A program made the translations under genes and the position numbers. This document shows positions 25,843-40,724 of a stretch of DNA of 64,000 nt, one piece after another. The notes beneath the pieces are model-generated. The model saw nothing but the letters and a program-made list of their open reading frames with translations. It ran no database searches and had not been told where the DNA came from. This stretch comes from Anolis carolinensis (lineage: Eukaryota). Where the stretch lies: positions 65,953,574-66,017,573 of the forward strand of contig NC_085841.1 of assembly GCF_035594765.1 (NCBI RefSeq), in the 5' to 3' direction. Position 1 is the first letter of the stretch. Every line of letters begins with the position of its first letter.

Positions 25843-28800
25843 CTCTGCTTTGAACTGGATTATATGGCAGTATAGATAATATGGATTATCTGTTTTGATA
25901 ATCTGTAGAAGGGGCCTAAGGGCGCTTCCAGACTGCGTCCAAATGTGGATTTTAAAAGTGGGTTTAAAAGTGGGAGGGCAGGCGGGGAAAAAAATTCTTC
26001 AAGATGTGCTAGACCTCATATGTGCACATGCAGAGATCCCAATGTACACACAAGCAGTTTTCTTATCTCTCTCTTTGCCCAACTGCTATTTCAAGCTCTG
26101 TTTAATATTATAAGAAAGAAAGGAATGGCTAATTGCTTTCCAATTGTACTTTCCTTTAGCCACCTGTGTGTCTGTGGCTCCAATTTTTGACAGTCCGATC
26201 AGGTGTTTTGGACTTTTAAAGCACATACGCTTTAAAGCACCTACAAAAGGGGATGGGAAGTCATGCTTTCCATTACTACAGGAATACACAGTCATAAGGT
26301 GCACACATTTGGGGGGGAGGAAACAGATTTTAACCTTTGAACCATGTGCTTTTCAGCTGTTAACCCAATTCTGTCCTCACATTCCCCAAATATCTTTTAG
26401 CCCTCCCCCTTTTATCCCAGTGATTTCTGGGTTTTACTGCATGTGTATAAGGACTCCGAGTCTACATTGCCATATAAGCCAGTTCAAAGCAGATAATCTG
26501 TATTTTATATTGCAGTGTAGATGGGGCCCGAGTTTGCAGAACCTATGCAGAGCTGTCACTGACCCAGAGTACTGGAGATCTCTTATTCATTAGGTCTTCA
26601 TTAAGGGCCCTTCTACACAGACCAAAAATCCAAGAGGAATTGGGATTTTAAATTCCACTCCCTCTTAAGGTAGAGGCCACACAACTGGCCCAAACCCTGG
26701 GATTTTGCAGTGGGGTGGCTAGATGTTCTCCTATGCTGATCCAAGATCAGCATGGATGAGCGAGGGCACTGCCAGCCTTCCCTTCCCTGCCCTCCATTTC
26801 CCCTTTCACTTAATGGGAGAAGACTATGACAAGGCCTGAAGCCTTTCTCCCCCCCTCCCCCCCCGCCCTACCTTGGAAGAGCTGAAAGAGGATTTTGGAA
26901 AGGGATGGGGATTTCTCTTCTAAGGCTCTGTTCGTTCTTTCAGGGAGAAGTGAGAGGGGAAATGGCTCCAAGCCTCCATTGGAGCCTTCCTTCAGTAAAT
27001 TGAGATGGAAATGGGGGCTCAGAGGGAATCTCAGTGGGGAGGGAAGGAAAGAACATGTTATCCATGCCTACAGGGATATACAGGCATGGAAAGATGCATT
27101 TTTCAGCACGAATTGGGTTTAAAGGGTACCTTTTTAACACGTTTTTTCCAGCTCTTAATCCGATTCATCCTGATGCCTCCCACATTTTGGCTAGATGTCC
27201 TTTAGCCACTCCCCCACCCTCCATTTAACCTGGTACCACCATATTATTTACCAGGATAGGAAACTGGTGATCCTCCAAATAGTATTGGAATCCAGCTCCT
27301 ATCAGGCCATGGCCAACAATCAGGCATGTGATGGGTGTTGGAGGTGGACAACCATCTGGACAACCACCCATTTGTTAGTACTGATTTAATTACTTTCACA
27401 GAATAATGATGTTCAGTCCTTTGTGGATAACTGGGGATTTTGCTAGATTTTGTACTATTTTGTCTTGGACACATGCACACATAATTACAAGTGAACCCCA
27501 CTGATTCTCAAATTGGGACAGTACTTACAGTTGGAATCTCCATTCATTCAATTATTCATTGGTTGAAATAAAATCTTATTAACACTGTGCCATTTTGATC
27601 TTAATTGGGGAAGCTTTAAAAGGCTGTTCTAAACTATACACCTGGCAACAATTTTATAGCCAAAACAGTGCGCCATTTGACTTCAGTACAGTGGGGCATC
27701 AGGACACCAGGTACTATGACATTGATCTAGGACCCCCTGTGGATACCAAAATCTACAGATGCCTAATCCCCATTACGATACATAATAGTGTAATAAAATG
27801 TGTCCCTTATATAAAATGGCAAAATCAAATTTTGCTTTTTCAAATATTTTTGAATTATGGTTGGTTGAATCAATGGTTACTTGTAACCTTGTTATCATAC
27901 CAGGGTTTTAAAGCAGCCCTGCATGTCTGCCACCAGTAGAATTCTGGGAAATGTAGTTTGGGAATGCGAGGACCTCTGTAGTTAAGAATTCAAAAGGCTG
28001 TGTTTCCCAGAATTATGCAGGCGGCAGGCAATAACGTCGAGTGGATACAAAGGAGACAACTGAATTGTTTTGCAAATGATTTAATATTCCATGCAGTATC
28101 TACATATGACAACAAATTGTTTGCTACTTTTAATGCAACAATGTCATAGTAGTGTCACAAATTTTGTCAGGCTACAAGGGTGGACTACTTCTGGCTTTCC
28201 AGATGTTTAGACTGTTGGCCAATCCTGGTGGGAGTCTGCTACCATCTGGAGAGCCATATAATTCCAAGGTTCAGAACAGCATTGTTTACCATAAAAATCT
28301 AGAAGTTTAAAATAACTCCAAATTGGTCAGGCACATAGAAATGGCAAACAAGCCAAAAAAAGGGGGGGGGGAGAGCTTTCCTGTGGATGCACTTTCAAAG
28401 AAGAAAATTAATAGCAGCATGGATTTTCATGGATTACAGATTATACCATAATAAAGAATTTAGCCTTTTAAAATGCCACAAAACTCTTGGATTTGTTTGG
28501 ATTAGGTTTTGCTTTAGCAGGCCAAACTAGCTATCTTTTTGGAAGCTGGCCATACACATACTCGTTTCTGCCAATGGGAGATGAAACAGATGAGGGAGAA
28601 AAAAGACAATGAGGTCAAAAGGACATAACCCATAATTATGTCTCCGAGGATTGTATGTGTCTCATGGTGCTCTGTCTGCAAATACCTCTTTGCGTTGTAA
28701 ATTATAGTGGTGAAATTTAAATTCAATCTGGAACTGATTTTTGCCCCTGTTGTGGTAGTAATTTAAGTAAAAATGCAGCAGTAACATACAGAAGCAATGG

Positions 28801-29847
28801 GTAAGTTTTCACATTTGGTGAACATCAAACGTAGTCATGCTTTGAGAAAAAGAACCTTGGAAAACTCTGTTAGTGGCCTTCTCTGCATGTTATGGTCACA
28901 CATTCTACAATTATGTGTTGAGTGAAACTGTACTGTAGCTGGCCACCTTGGGTCTGTCAGAAACCAATTTCGCCGGGGGAGCTTAATTATTATAAGGGTG
29001 GTGGTGGTTCAGTCTGTTCTTTCCACAGTATATTTTATTGTATAAACCTTTTTACGTCTCTGCCCCCGCCTTGCCACACACAGAGTTCTTCTGAACTAAA
29101 ACTTCCTCAGCATGCTACCCTTTCTGATTTAAGCAGAAGCTGAAATTATTCAAGAAGTCCATGTTATTCTTTGTCTCTTGCCAGGTTCCTGTCTTCAGGT
29201 CATTATTTGTTCCGAACATACACCCTATGTACATTCGGTGCCAATGTAATCCAGGTTTCTTGTGGCAAGAGAAGAGGAATGTTGTGTGAATATATTATGC
29301 AAATTACATATAAATAACATTTTATGCATTGTTCCATTTGCTATGAGAATAAACAGGACCAATGCCTGAAGTTCTGTTCTGGGCCAAAGTATATTTTTTG
29401 TATGGTCAGTACAACCATATTATATAGGTACCCTTTCATTCATGATAGCATCTCAGGCCACTTCTATACTGCCATATAATCCAGATAATCAAAGCAGAAA
29501 ATCCACATTATCTACTTTGAACTGGATTATATGAGTCTACAATGCCATATAATACAGTTCAAAGCAAATCAACTGGATATTATATGGCAGTGTAGAAGGG
29601 GACTCAGGTGTAGAGTCTCTTGAGTGACAAAAATATATTTCTGTTTTAGTTCTCAAAATACATTTTCTATATAGAATCATAGACTCATAGAATATTTCTG
29701 AATTTAAACTGTGGACCCCATTGGAATTTTTCCACCACAATTTTAGCCCTCACTATCTTCTGCTTTTTATCCCTTTAGTGTATCATTGCCACTACTTTTA
29801 TTTATATAGTGTGTTCCCCAAAACCAGGGCACAAGGTGCTTTGCAAA

Positions 29848-30261
29848 TTAAAATATACCTAATGGAGTGCAAGATTAGTCCATAAAGGATGTTCTACAAA
29901 GTTTTTTGAGTGTTCTGTAATTGTTTTTGATTGATCCTATTTCTATGCCCAAGAAAACCCTTTGAAGTTCATGGGGTTGCCGAACTTAAGATGTGACTTC
30001 AAAGCGCAGACACACATTTTGTATATTTCTTCAACATGACTAGGAAAAGGCCCATTCTTTTTGGAAAAAAAACTGAAGGATGCATGGTCATATGTTGTTT
30101 GTGTGTGTGTATGTGTGTATATATCTCAACACAGAGAGATTCAAAGACATTGGACAATTACTCATATATTTATAATCTTGTGAAACCTGCCTCAAACACT
30201 GGCTTTCCTTATGCCCCGTTATGTTGCTGTTCTTCATATCTTTTATATACAAGTAACTCTG
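29848..30261 (+). repeat. Copy 2 (probable donor) of the 415-bp duplication
   Basis: See copy 1. Confidence 0.92.
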
Positions 30262-30548
30262 GAACTCAAACGCTTTTGAAACTAACAATACTACTTATGA
30301 GATGTATAGTGTGTAATCTTAGAGATTAAGGAGTGTCTGTGTGTATGGTTCATTGGTGAGAGTGTGTGTCGTTAAATCTGAATTGTTTTGCAAATTCAGA
30401 GGGAAGGATGCATCTGTTTTTATACTGCAACTCCTTGGGTAATTAAACAACTTCATTCTTTGTTCTAGTCAAGAGTTCAGGGCAGCAAATCCCCACTTGG
30501 AATATGGTTGGTTCTGTCCTAATGCTGTTCCTGCTAGATTTCTGTAGT

Positions 30549-31110
30549 AAAAACAGATTGCTTTCCTGTAACTGTGGTCATCTGTATCCACACAGACATA
30601 CAATTTTGCCCCTGCAGAGATACTACTATTTGGAAAGTTCCAGTAGCTTGGCAGAAACACTCTTTCCTCTCCCACCATACGTTCCAATTGCCAAGCTACA
30701 GTACCTGTTTTGCAATCTGCCAACCAATAAACTAACCAACAAAAACAATCAGGGACACGAAAGAGATAGGGCACATTTGTGTGAGGGCACAGATGGCCAC
30801 TTGGAGAATCATAGTTATAGGTAAGCAACCTGTTCTTTATTGTTGTCTCTGTACTTCACACAAATGAAGCTCACCAGAATGCAGAGGGCAGGTCACTGGA
30901 GGATTGAAGAAAGGACAGCACATACAAAATTTGCATCAGCTCTGGATCTGCAGTCCAATCTATAATGCTGAATGAATTTGGACAGATGAATCCATGTTGC
31001 AGTCTTGCAGAAGTCTGGCAAGAAAACACCAAGTATAAATGCAGCAAAGCAGGCACCACTGCAGTGGGATGTGCCTTTAAAGTCTCTGGTCGATTTACCA
31101 GTTCATAGGC
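30549..31110 (-). mobile_element. Ancient degenerate DIRS 3' end (right ITR, ICR, YR C-terminus)
   Basis: AAACAGATTGCTTTCCTGTAAC resembles the right terminus; TATAGGTAAGCAACCTGTTCTTT resembles the ICR; minus-strand translation gives AYEL...LKAHPT...CKTATWIHLSKFIQHY. Confidence 0.7.
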
Positions 31111-34100
31111 ATGTCTGGACAGGGAATTTTGAAAGTCTTTGAGAAGGCACTTGGAATGTGGTTCTTTGAGTGGTCACCTGTGCACTCAAACAAATGGATA
31201 CAGGAAACTAAGTTTCTATACATAACTTAAGACAGTCTACCACTCAGGCCACTTTCTCCCCTATTATGTCAATACAGGTACATGTTTAGGTGCCACTGGA
31301 TCTCTCATTACTCAATAGATCATGCCCTCTTCTTCCCACCCTGACCACCTATATCTGGACCATTCAGAGGTATCACCAAGCATTGCTGCCACCTCATACT
31401 ATTGCAATATCTTTCTATCTTCAAGAACTATTGGAGTCTTTAACTTCTCAAAAGGTTGAATTCTTGTCATTATTGCTCATTATTGTCATCCTGCAGTGCA
31501 GTCATGCAGCTCACAATGGCAACAAAGACATACATGAATGAGTAAGTGAAAGGAGAAGACAAAATGACAACTTACATTGTCACTCGCAAAGAATTATATT
31601 ACAATATTCAGACCAGTGCTAATCAACATGGTTTTCCTGGTCTCATTATAAGAAGAAGCAATTGAACCAGAACAGATGCTGATGGTGATAATCTAGCAGA
31701 AGAAAGATTAAGCCTTTCATCTTAGGACAAAAATAGCTACACCATCAACGTGGCTAAATGGCCTGGCTAGCACAAGAGAGAAAACACTCATTCACTTGCA
31801 CTTAGCTAGACAGTCACACCAAGACATCAAAGAGCCACAAAAGCCAACCAAGGCAGAGACAAGCATACAGAATTATTTGTCTTTGGCCATCCACATTCAA
31901 AATACGCATTGCTGCAACCCAGAGTGTGCATTGGGAATGCTTACAGTGGCAGTACTTTGAACAAACCATGCATGTATTTTAAACCTTATCTCCTGAACAA
32001 ATATTACTAGAAAGCTGAGAAATTAATCCACATTGACACAGAAAATTTATTTTGAGAATAGAAAGCCTTCATCCAATATGGGCCATTGTAGAGAATACAG
32101 GAAGGATCTGTGTGCTTTCCTTTTGATTTACCTAGGGCTGCCAAGTCAGAGGTATTCCGGGTCTTGAGATTTCACACCTGAGACCTAGGGACAACCTTGT
32201 TTAATGCTAAATAGAAGCAGAACCTGATGTTGTTAGAAAATGTGATGTTACAATGAGGTGCTAATGTCATTAAATATGATATTTTGACCACCAACTGCAG
32301 AAGCACAGCAACTGAAATTTTTAAAAAAAACTGTACATGCACATACGCATATATACCTTTTAAAGCAGTGTTCTCATCCTGGGATCCCTCCATCCTAAGA
32401 ACTACATCCGGCAACAACTAAATGCACCCCTTTTAAAAAAATAAATTCACAAAAATGAAATGTTCATTCTAGAAAATGTCAGCAGAGATTTTGCCTATTC
32501 CAGAGATGCACTAGTGCTACTGAGAATCATGAAATACAAAGATCCTTTGGAGCATATGTTGTGCCCTGCTTACTTACTTGAACATTAAGGGGAAAGCAGT
32601 TTATGAAGCAGTTCCTAAAACTCATGTTACTGTAATTCAAACATTCCAAAAGGTCAGAGACCATACCACATGCAGATCCCTGCATAATGCAGCAGCTGGT
32701 ACATGTTGAAGGGTGAAATTCCAATTGGAGCATGCTATAAAATTTCTGGGTAAATATTTATACTCAGGAAGGTTAAGAGACTTGGAGTGCTATACGCTCA
32801 AGTCATTTGGATAGGCAAACTGCCATTTAAGTCTCTGCATAGTGACCCACTCACGACCTCAATGCTGAGTCTAGAAATAGTTGTGACAGCAAAAGAAAAT
32901 CAGAGTGAATCATGGGTTTCCATGGAATATTAAAGCAGCACATAAAACAAAAGAGATGTTAATAATGTTCTACTACATACCACAGAATCCCTCTCTGGAA
33001 CTTTCTATCATGTTGTCATACCATACCTTAAGTGACCATGTGCAACTGAGATAATAAAAAAGCTTAAGATAGAAAGGCAGGTTCCTGCCAGTGGTGACCC
33101 CGCTTTTTGTTTCTTCTTCTGCAATATAGGGAGGATTCAATGGTCAATTTGATGAAAGGTACTATATGCCAAGTTACGTTCATATGCTCTACCTTTAACA
33201 TCAAGTGAACTGCATGCTTCTAGGATCAAATGCACACCATTCCCTAGCTCAGCATACTTTACTGAGTTGTTGTGAGGATAATCCTCATATGAGCTCTTCA
33301 AAGCGAGGGCAGTATTCATATAAAATAACCAATAACAACCATAATGTGAACGGGTAAGAGCAATCTATAATGATTTGTTGTCAGGATTTCCAGATGTGTT
33401 ACAAGAGGTACACATTTTGAATATGGAGGAGGGGTTTCTCTCACATAAATAGCAATTTATGTGTATGCTTGCAACTTTTTCGTATACTCTTTGGCATCTG
33501 CCACATGAGCAAATAAAACACGTGAACTACTACATGATCATATAAATGACAAATGTACTTTTTCTTTTTTTATTGATAAAGGTCAAAATTCTGTACATGA
33601 AGGAAATGTGTATGTAACTATTTTTCACAAGTTGCATATCATTTCCTTTATCTAAGACACTATTATATCTTTAAATTGGATTAAGGAAATCGGATAAAAG
33701 AAAATTGGATAGAAGCAAATTACAGCCAGGTTACTTTGTGAGCCAAATGAAAATAACTACTTTAGATCTTGGTATGCAGAAACTCTAAGCGAGATGCTCC
33801 CCTCTTTGAAGGATAAACTTTTAATTGTCATTTTTTGCTTTGCTAAATATATCAATGTATGTGTTTATTTCCTTCTGTCTACTGCAGACGGAAAACATGA
33901 AGGATTCTATTTACACAACTGCTTTATTTTAGTTTTGAAAGAGGCACAAACATATATTTTGGCAATGCCTGAATGACATGGGCATTTAGAACTATTTATT
34001 CAGAGTTAAGAGAATGCACTACCCCATTCAAGTGCATCTGAGATTCATGTATATTTCCAGTTTAGGTGTCTTTGAAAACTTCGGAAGGATCAGATTTGAA

Positions 34101-36815
34101 GTAATAAATCTAGGATGCCACTGACATCTAACACCACCAAAATGTATGACATCTCTTATAATCTTAAAATAACGTCTAAATGTATACCTCCTCTAATCTT
34201 GCTTCATATCATAATCATTATTGCAATATCATAAGTAGCAGAGTGAGGATGAGGTGGAGGAGAAATGTAATAAGAGAAGGAAGGAGGAAGTAAAAAAAAT
34301 GTTCAGTTTGACTATTTAAAAACTACACAAATACACATTATGTTTCTTTGTTTTCTGTCTAGCTATTATCCTTTTCCCAATCCAGCTCCAACATATTTTC
34401 TAGTACTATCATTTTCAATCTAAAAACCCAGGATGTTATCTTTTGACAAATCCATTCATATCCTAGTTTGCTTTGGTAAAATTAAAATTTTATTTATTTA
34501 CTGGTATAACTGTTATTAATAAAATGTGTAAAGCTGTCTTTGTCCTTCCTTCTAGTGCCTTGGACATGTAGAAGAAAGAAATCACCACTACTTGGGAAGA
34601 AACATCAATGGTAAGCTGTTTGTACATATATGTTCTTCCGTAAAAGAAAAAGCTCAGTTCAAAATTCCACCAAAATGAATTTTAAAAAATATATAAACTA
34701 TGCAAATAAAAGTGCCTATAACAAACAGATACAGAGTACATTCCAAGTTTTGCATTAGAAATTCTACTATAGTTACTCACGGGAGGTCCAGAAGTTTCTG
34801 CATTCAAAACTTGGTTTCTGACCTCTAGAAATCCGACATAATACCAGAACAGGAACTGTTCATGGACTTTAAGCACATCAGGCAACTCAATCTTCTGCAT
34901 GTTTTTGCAGAAATCAAGTTTTGCTTTTGTTCATTGTGACTTGTTAATAGGATTGATTACAGGGTTTAATAACAGAGATTGATTACAAAGCTAGCTACCT
35001 GGTTCAAGATTTTTAAAATGTACCTCTTTTTCCATATTCGACTGCCATTTCATAAATGGCAAATTACTTACAAAGATTCTCTCTTCAAAGTGGTATCTTT
35101 TTCCATGGTATCTTTTACCTAGATTTTATCATTTTAGTCAGATGTTCTTAACTTTGGTCTTTCTATTTTGTTTTTTAATCTGTTTTTATCCTCTCATACT
35201 GTTTTATTGTAATCTGATGTATATATCACTCATATTTGATCGAAAGATAAGTAAATAAATACATGTTATTTTGAAAGATAAGTAAATAAATAGATGCTAT
35301 TTTTATGTTGCTAGCTTGTTATAATGTTGTTTACTTTTATTGAGATATGTTTTGATCTATGTTTGGTTTTAATCGCTGTTGGATCGGGCTTGTCCTCATG
35401 TAAGCTGCCTCAAGTCCCTTTGGGGAGATGAAGGTGGGATATAAAAATAAAGTTATTAATATTATCATTATTAAATACATAAAATAAAATTGGATTGTTC
35501 AACATTAAAATGCATGACGTTGGATAAAGACATTTGAAGATGACATCAACTGGGAAGGTTAGCTAATATCTGAGAAGACAAAATTGGGATTCAAAATAAT
35601 TTTAACATAGGAATAGGATTTTTCAGTTGTTGCCAGCGTTCCTTGCCACTAACTGATGCTGGTTAGTCCAACAAAATCTAGAATTCTGTGCAATTCCCTA
35701 CTTGCCTTAGCAATTTGGGGAGATGGATCCAAAATTAAAAGATTCTCAGTAGAGGCAAATGTAAAATTAAGCAAGAAAAATCAGATGCACAAATGTAGGG
35801 TGGGTGTCACCTGACTAGATAGTGCTATCTGTGAAAAGGACCACCCATACTAGTTTGTTTCTAATGAAATATATCCATAATTGTCTTTATCCCTCATCTT
35901 GGAGCCCCAGATGTGTTGTCTTGAACCCATTTTCATCTGATATTGGAAGTTCAGCGGGATTGTCCTTGATTAGCACTTGGATTGACAACTCCCAGAGAGT
36001 ACAAGGGATTTCCAGACAGAACTAGGAAAGATTTCTGCTCTGAAGAGCTGCTGCCAATTGTTGACAATGTTAATTTATATAGACCAAGAATCACTTCAAA
36101 TAAAATTCCAGATCAAAATTCAGCTTTAAAGGGGAAAAATCATGAGTCAACAAGGGTCAACAATGTTAAGTGATAGCAAACCAAAAAAAAAATGCAATTC
36201 TAGGCAGTATCAATTAATGTATAGTGTCTAAAGGAAGAAATGGCACTATCCCGTTCTGTTTGGTCAGTCCTTATGTGGACTGTCTTAAGTTCCAGCCAAT
36301 AGAATTTAAAAAGGAAGGAAGGGAGCAATCTCTCTCTCCATAAAGGTCCTTGAACACTCATAAAACCTGTTTTAGATAACTGGGAAACATTCCAAAACCA
36401 GGTTTTGGGCAACTCTCTGGGTTTCAGGAAAATAGGAAAGGAAATCTGATGCTGTGGGAAAGGAAACCCAATGCTTAAGTACCAGGTCTAAGTAATAACA
36501 CAGCCATCTGTAGGATAAGCCTTTCACACATGCAGTATGCCACTGCTGTGTACCATAGAATGCCTAGTAGGCTCCTGTTCTCAATTTTGTTAATTATCTA
36601 ACCAACATTTGAATTGCAGAAGTTCTGCTTTTCTTCTGTCTCCTCCCAAATGGTTTGTTCCTTGAAATTTGATTATCCAGATGCTCTTCCTAAATCAAAA
36701 AGCAGACATCCTTGCTTATCCTATCTAGTAGCCTTTTGTTCATGCATGCAATTGTTCTTGGAACCAAGATGTTGCTTAGCAAGTACATTGCCTGCCAAGG
36801 CTTCACCGAGGACTG

Positions 36816-36821
36816 TTTATT
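36816..36821 (-). promoter_or_regulatory. Candidate KIF25 polyadenylation signal (AATAAA)
   Basis: TTTATT on the + strand about 93 nt past the stop codon. Confidence 0.4.
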
Positions 36822-36913
36822 TTAACTGGCAGTTTACATTTTTATGACAACAAGATCAATTTCAGTTTGAGGAACTCATTAATAATGCTTTAATCCACAG
36901 GAGTCTTGATGTC

Positions 36914-37071
36914 TTATTTGGATTTGCTCAACGCCAATGGGTTTCTTTTCTTGGCCTGCCCTCTCTGAACTTGCCGTGCACGAGACCCAAATCCAAGGGT
37001 TTGCAGTGACTCTGTTATGTACTTCTGGCTGGGGGAGACACACAACATCAGCAGCAACTTTGCATCACCCC
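36914..37071 (-). CDS. KIF25: KIF25 last coding exon (GGDAKLLLMLCVSP...ESLQTLGFGSRARQVQRG...SKSK*)
   Basis: End of a C-terminal motor domain; TAG acceptor; TAA stop at 36914-36916. Confidence 0.9.
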
Positions 37072-37901
37072 CTAAGAAAAATAAAGTCATGCATTAGCAT
37101 GGGTTTCTCAATAATATTCAAAATGCTGACTAGGCTAAGTTGCCCAGCATTCACTTCCTCTTATCAATGGGGCCCCAGAGTGAGACTGGAACATGGTTGA
37201 AATGCAACGGATCAAATACTTTCTTAAAGAGTACAAAGATAAAGGCCTAAAGATTCAGTGTGTGTGTGTGGGGGGTGAACACTGGAATTTCAGAGTTTGT
37301 TGTTGCTTTTCTAACTACAAAAAGAGTAGATGGCAGCTTAATAGAAAGGCAATGAAACAGTCAGACCTGAGGAAAATCTCATTTTTCTACTGCAATCCCC
37401 CAAATCTCCCATGGATTTTAGCCGCTGAAAGGCAGGTAGAATGTCAACAGATGAAACATTCTTTGGCATGCCAATAATAATAAATAAAATAATAATAACA
37501 CTTTATTTATACCCTGCCACCATCTCCCCATGGGGACTCGGGGCAGCTTACATGGGGCAGAAGCCCAAACAACATAATGGAACAAAATAAACAACAATAT
37601 AAACATAATGTGATGCAATGTGGACAAATCTTTGCCTGTTAAATTTCTATTTGTCACTGAACAGCTGAAGTTACTCAAATCTTGCTAGCAAATTAAAATC
37701 AAACCAAGACATAGTGTCTTATTTTGCAGAATCAAAGGAATTCTTATTTAGCATACTGGTAGTAGAATCGTCTATGCTCTTGAATTCAAAGATTCATATT
37801 AGTTATACATTTCACAAGCAATGCTATAATATCCCATAGAAATGAACATATTTTAAAAATCTGTGCGGAAATGGATAATACAAATTCCAAGCAATAATCA
37901 C

Positions 37902-38057
37902 CTATGGAATCCTGAAGCAAATGTGTAAGTTTGCTGTTTCGATATGGCACATGTGGACGCTGCTCTGATATCGCTCCCAGTACATCTGCTAGAGCAGACA
38001 GGCTCCGATTAATGAAGGAAGTCTCCCTCAGGACTGAGCTAGTCGCACCAGACATAC
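37902..38057 (-). CDS. KIF25: KIF25 exon ([18 protein letters not shown]...[18 protein letters not shown]), 156 bp
   Basis: [10 protein letters not shown] microtubule-binding motif; AG/GT flanks. Confidence 0.92.
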
Positions 38058-39480
38058 CTAGCAGGAAAGAAGACACACTATTACAACGAAGTCAAATGTC
38101 TTTAGCACATCCAGACACCTGAATATACACTAGGGCGCCAGGCAGCATATCTGGTTCCAGTGTAACCTTTTTGTCTATTTCAGGGACAAGAAAAGGACTT
38201 GGTCTCCTGACCTGATGTCATAAAACAGAAAGCATTTTTAAAAAATCCTTTTGACATGAAAGAGCCCACTTTTTATATCTTCTGCAACAAATTCAATATT
38301 ATCTGAATAAAAAAGCACTTCTACTGTTATTTTGAGTGTGTGGAATGATCAAGTTATGAAAAACAATAGTAGAACATGGGTACGAAACATTAATTCTATA
38401 CTGAAACTAACATCTTACCAGTAACATCTATTTCCCCATGAAAAGCCACAAAATTACGTTGTACCCTTGAGTCATAAGAAGAGGCGGGTAATATGATGAT
38501 GATGATGATTGATATACAAAAATGGACATCACCAAGAGCAAATGCATGGTAAAATATAGTACAACTATTTAAGAGTTCAGTAAACAAACAGCCTTGCTTT
38601 AAAATGTATTTGGAGGTTCACCTCTTATATTCATTTTGAAGCAACTCTACCTCATCACTTTTGTTTCATCTCAATACACTCACAAATAGAACTAGGAATG
38701 CAATTCTTCGCTAATTTTCTTTTCAGAAGAAGCAAGATTAATTTAAATGACTTTTTTTCTAGCTGTGGCAACGTCTTTGAAAGCTGCAGTAATAATAATA
38801 TTCTACACAAAATTCGCACATAAATATTTTCCCGAGAAAAGCATCTTATTTACCAGAAATAGTACTTTTTGTAGACAAAAAATACCACTTCTGTTTCTGT
38901 AAAACCAAAACTGTTTTCACCATAAATACTAATGAATTTTTCACAGAATAGTTGCCCAGCTACATTTTCTGTGTAGAAAATATATTAATTAATTTTTTTT
39001 AAAAAAACAGCCATGTGTGAATTTTACCTAAAAGTCCCAAAGTGTGAAGATTCTCTTTAGTCCAGTCTCATAAAGTGTTTTCACTACTTAACCATTTTGC
39101 AATTTTTTGGAATATACTTCCCATCCCTACTGAGACCTAATACTGACATGAAGGAAACCTGTTGGGAGTTTAATGATACTCTGAAATGATATACATAATA
39201 ATTTCACAATTCAACAATGGATCCAAATGAAATATTCAAAATGGAAAAGCAGACATAGTCAGTAGTTTATTTCAGGAAAACACAAACATTAGTAGTTGGA
39301 CAGAATAAAACCATGATAAGTTAAAGACAGTTCTCAAATAAATAAATGCGTGCTTTAAAAATTAGAAGTCTTCAATGACAACCAGAATGGCTCCAGGAAT
39401 ATGCCTTGGATTGTGTGATTTTTAAATAATGGTTTTAAGATTGATATGTTTTATTTTAAAGTATATGTTGTTTTATTCTA

Positions 39481-39529
<49 letters not shown>

Positions 39530-39646
39530 TATTTGTATTCCGCCACCATCTCCCCAAAGGGACTCGGGGCGGCTCACAGAAACACTCAAGTGCTGCATAT
39601 CAGAAACAATACACAAGTATAAATACAATGGTAGTGAATGACCTAC

Positions 39647-39850
39647 CAGCACATTCACTGCCAGCTAAATCAACCAGTTGAAGTTTTGTTCTCATTTGCT
39701 TTAATTTTCCCATGGATTCACTGACAAAAGAGGCTGGTGAAGAAGCTCTGGAAGGAAAGGAGGATGTGTCATCTCTCACTGAGTGGGAAGATGTCAAGAA
39801 ATGTTCTTTACTTTGCCTTTGACTAGAAGGGTCACCTGAGCAAGATATAC
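39647..39850 (-). CDS. KIF25: KIF25 exon with Ser-rich loop insert and switch II (KLQLVDLAGSECAG), 204 bp
   Basis: DLAGSE motif; AG/GT flanks; phase 1-1. Confidence 0.88.
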
Positions 39851-40541
39851 CTGGACAATGCAAGAGAAACAAAGAAGAAAAGTTTATTTCTAACCCTGCA
39901 AAAATGAAGTCAGCCTAGCATTCTGGAGAAATTGGATTTTTTTTAACCAAAGCTCTTAGCATGGTTAGTGCAGTCTTTCAAAACTCAGTGCAAATACACA
40001 GTTCAGTGCAGGTTTTTTTTTTTTACTATGATCAAAGATGAAGTCAGTAGATCCAGTGATTACCTTTTTAAGGTGATTCTCAAGAAGTTGATTGGTTTTC
40101 ACAATGTTTGCTTCTGCTAGCATAGATATATGTCAAGGGTTTTGGCATCTTACTGTGACAATTGTGAAAAGGATTTGTGCATCACAAGAGCTGCCAATAA
40201 GCATCCTCAAAAGACACATTATCTCCACAGTAAAGCAAATCTGCAGAGTCTCTTAACTTTGAGGGATGGTTGTACTGGAGAGCAAGAACCTATATCCACT
40301 CTTCACAAAATCTATTATAATCTCTATTTTATATTATATGTCCACTAATCTAGGTCAAGGGAATAAAAAAAACTAGACATGAATCCTGGAAAATTTCAAG
40401 AGCACTGAACATAATTATTTTCCTTCTTGCTGTAAAAGGCAACTGTTGGGATTTAATAATAAATAAGAAAAATAGCTCTCATGATGGGAAATAGATAGAG
40501 CAACCTCTCTCTGTGTCTATCCTGTCGTCACCTTTGATGTT

Positions 40542-40574
<33 letters not shown>

Positions 40575-40576
<2 letters not shown>

Positions 40577-40683
40577 ATACATCACACAGTCCTAAACACT
40601 TGGGAAATGTTCGACTTGTGATTTTGTAATACGAAATCCAGCATATATATCTCGTTTGCTGTGTTATGCTCTGTCTTTGCATC

Positions 40684-40724
<41 letters not shown>

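Noticed and set aside
33360-33560. E-box-rich (CAGATG/CATCTG/CACATG/CACGTG) repeat-poor stretch as a possible enhancer
   Set aside because: Short motifs occur by chance; conservation data would be needed.
34680-36420. Possible coding remnants
   Set aside because: Look like heavily decayed L1/L2/CR1 fragments; boundaries cannot be supported by eye.
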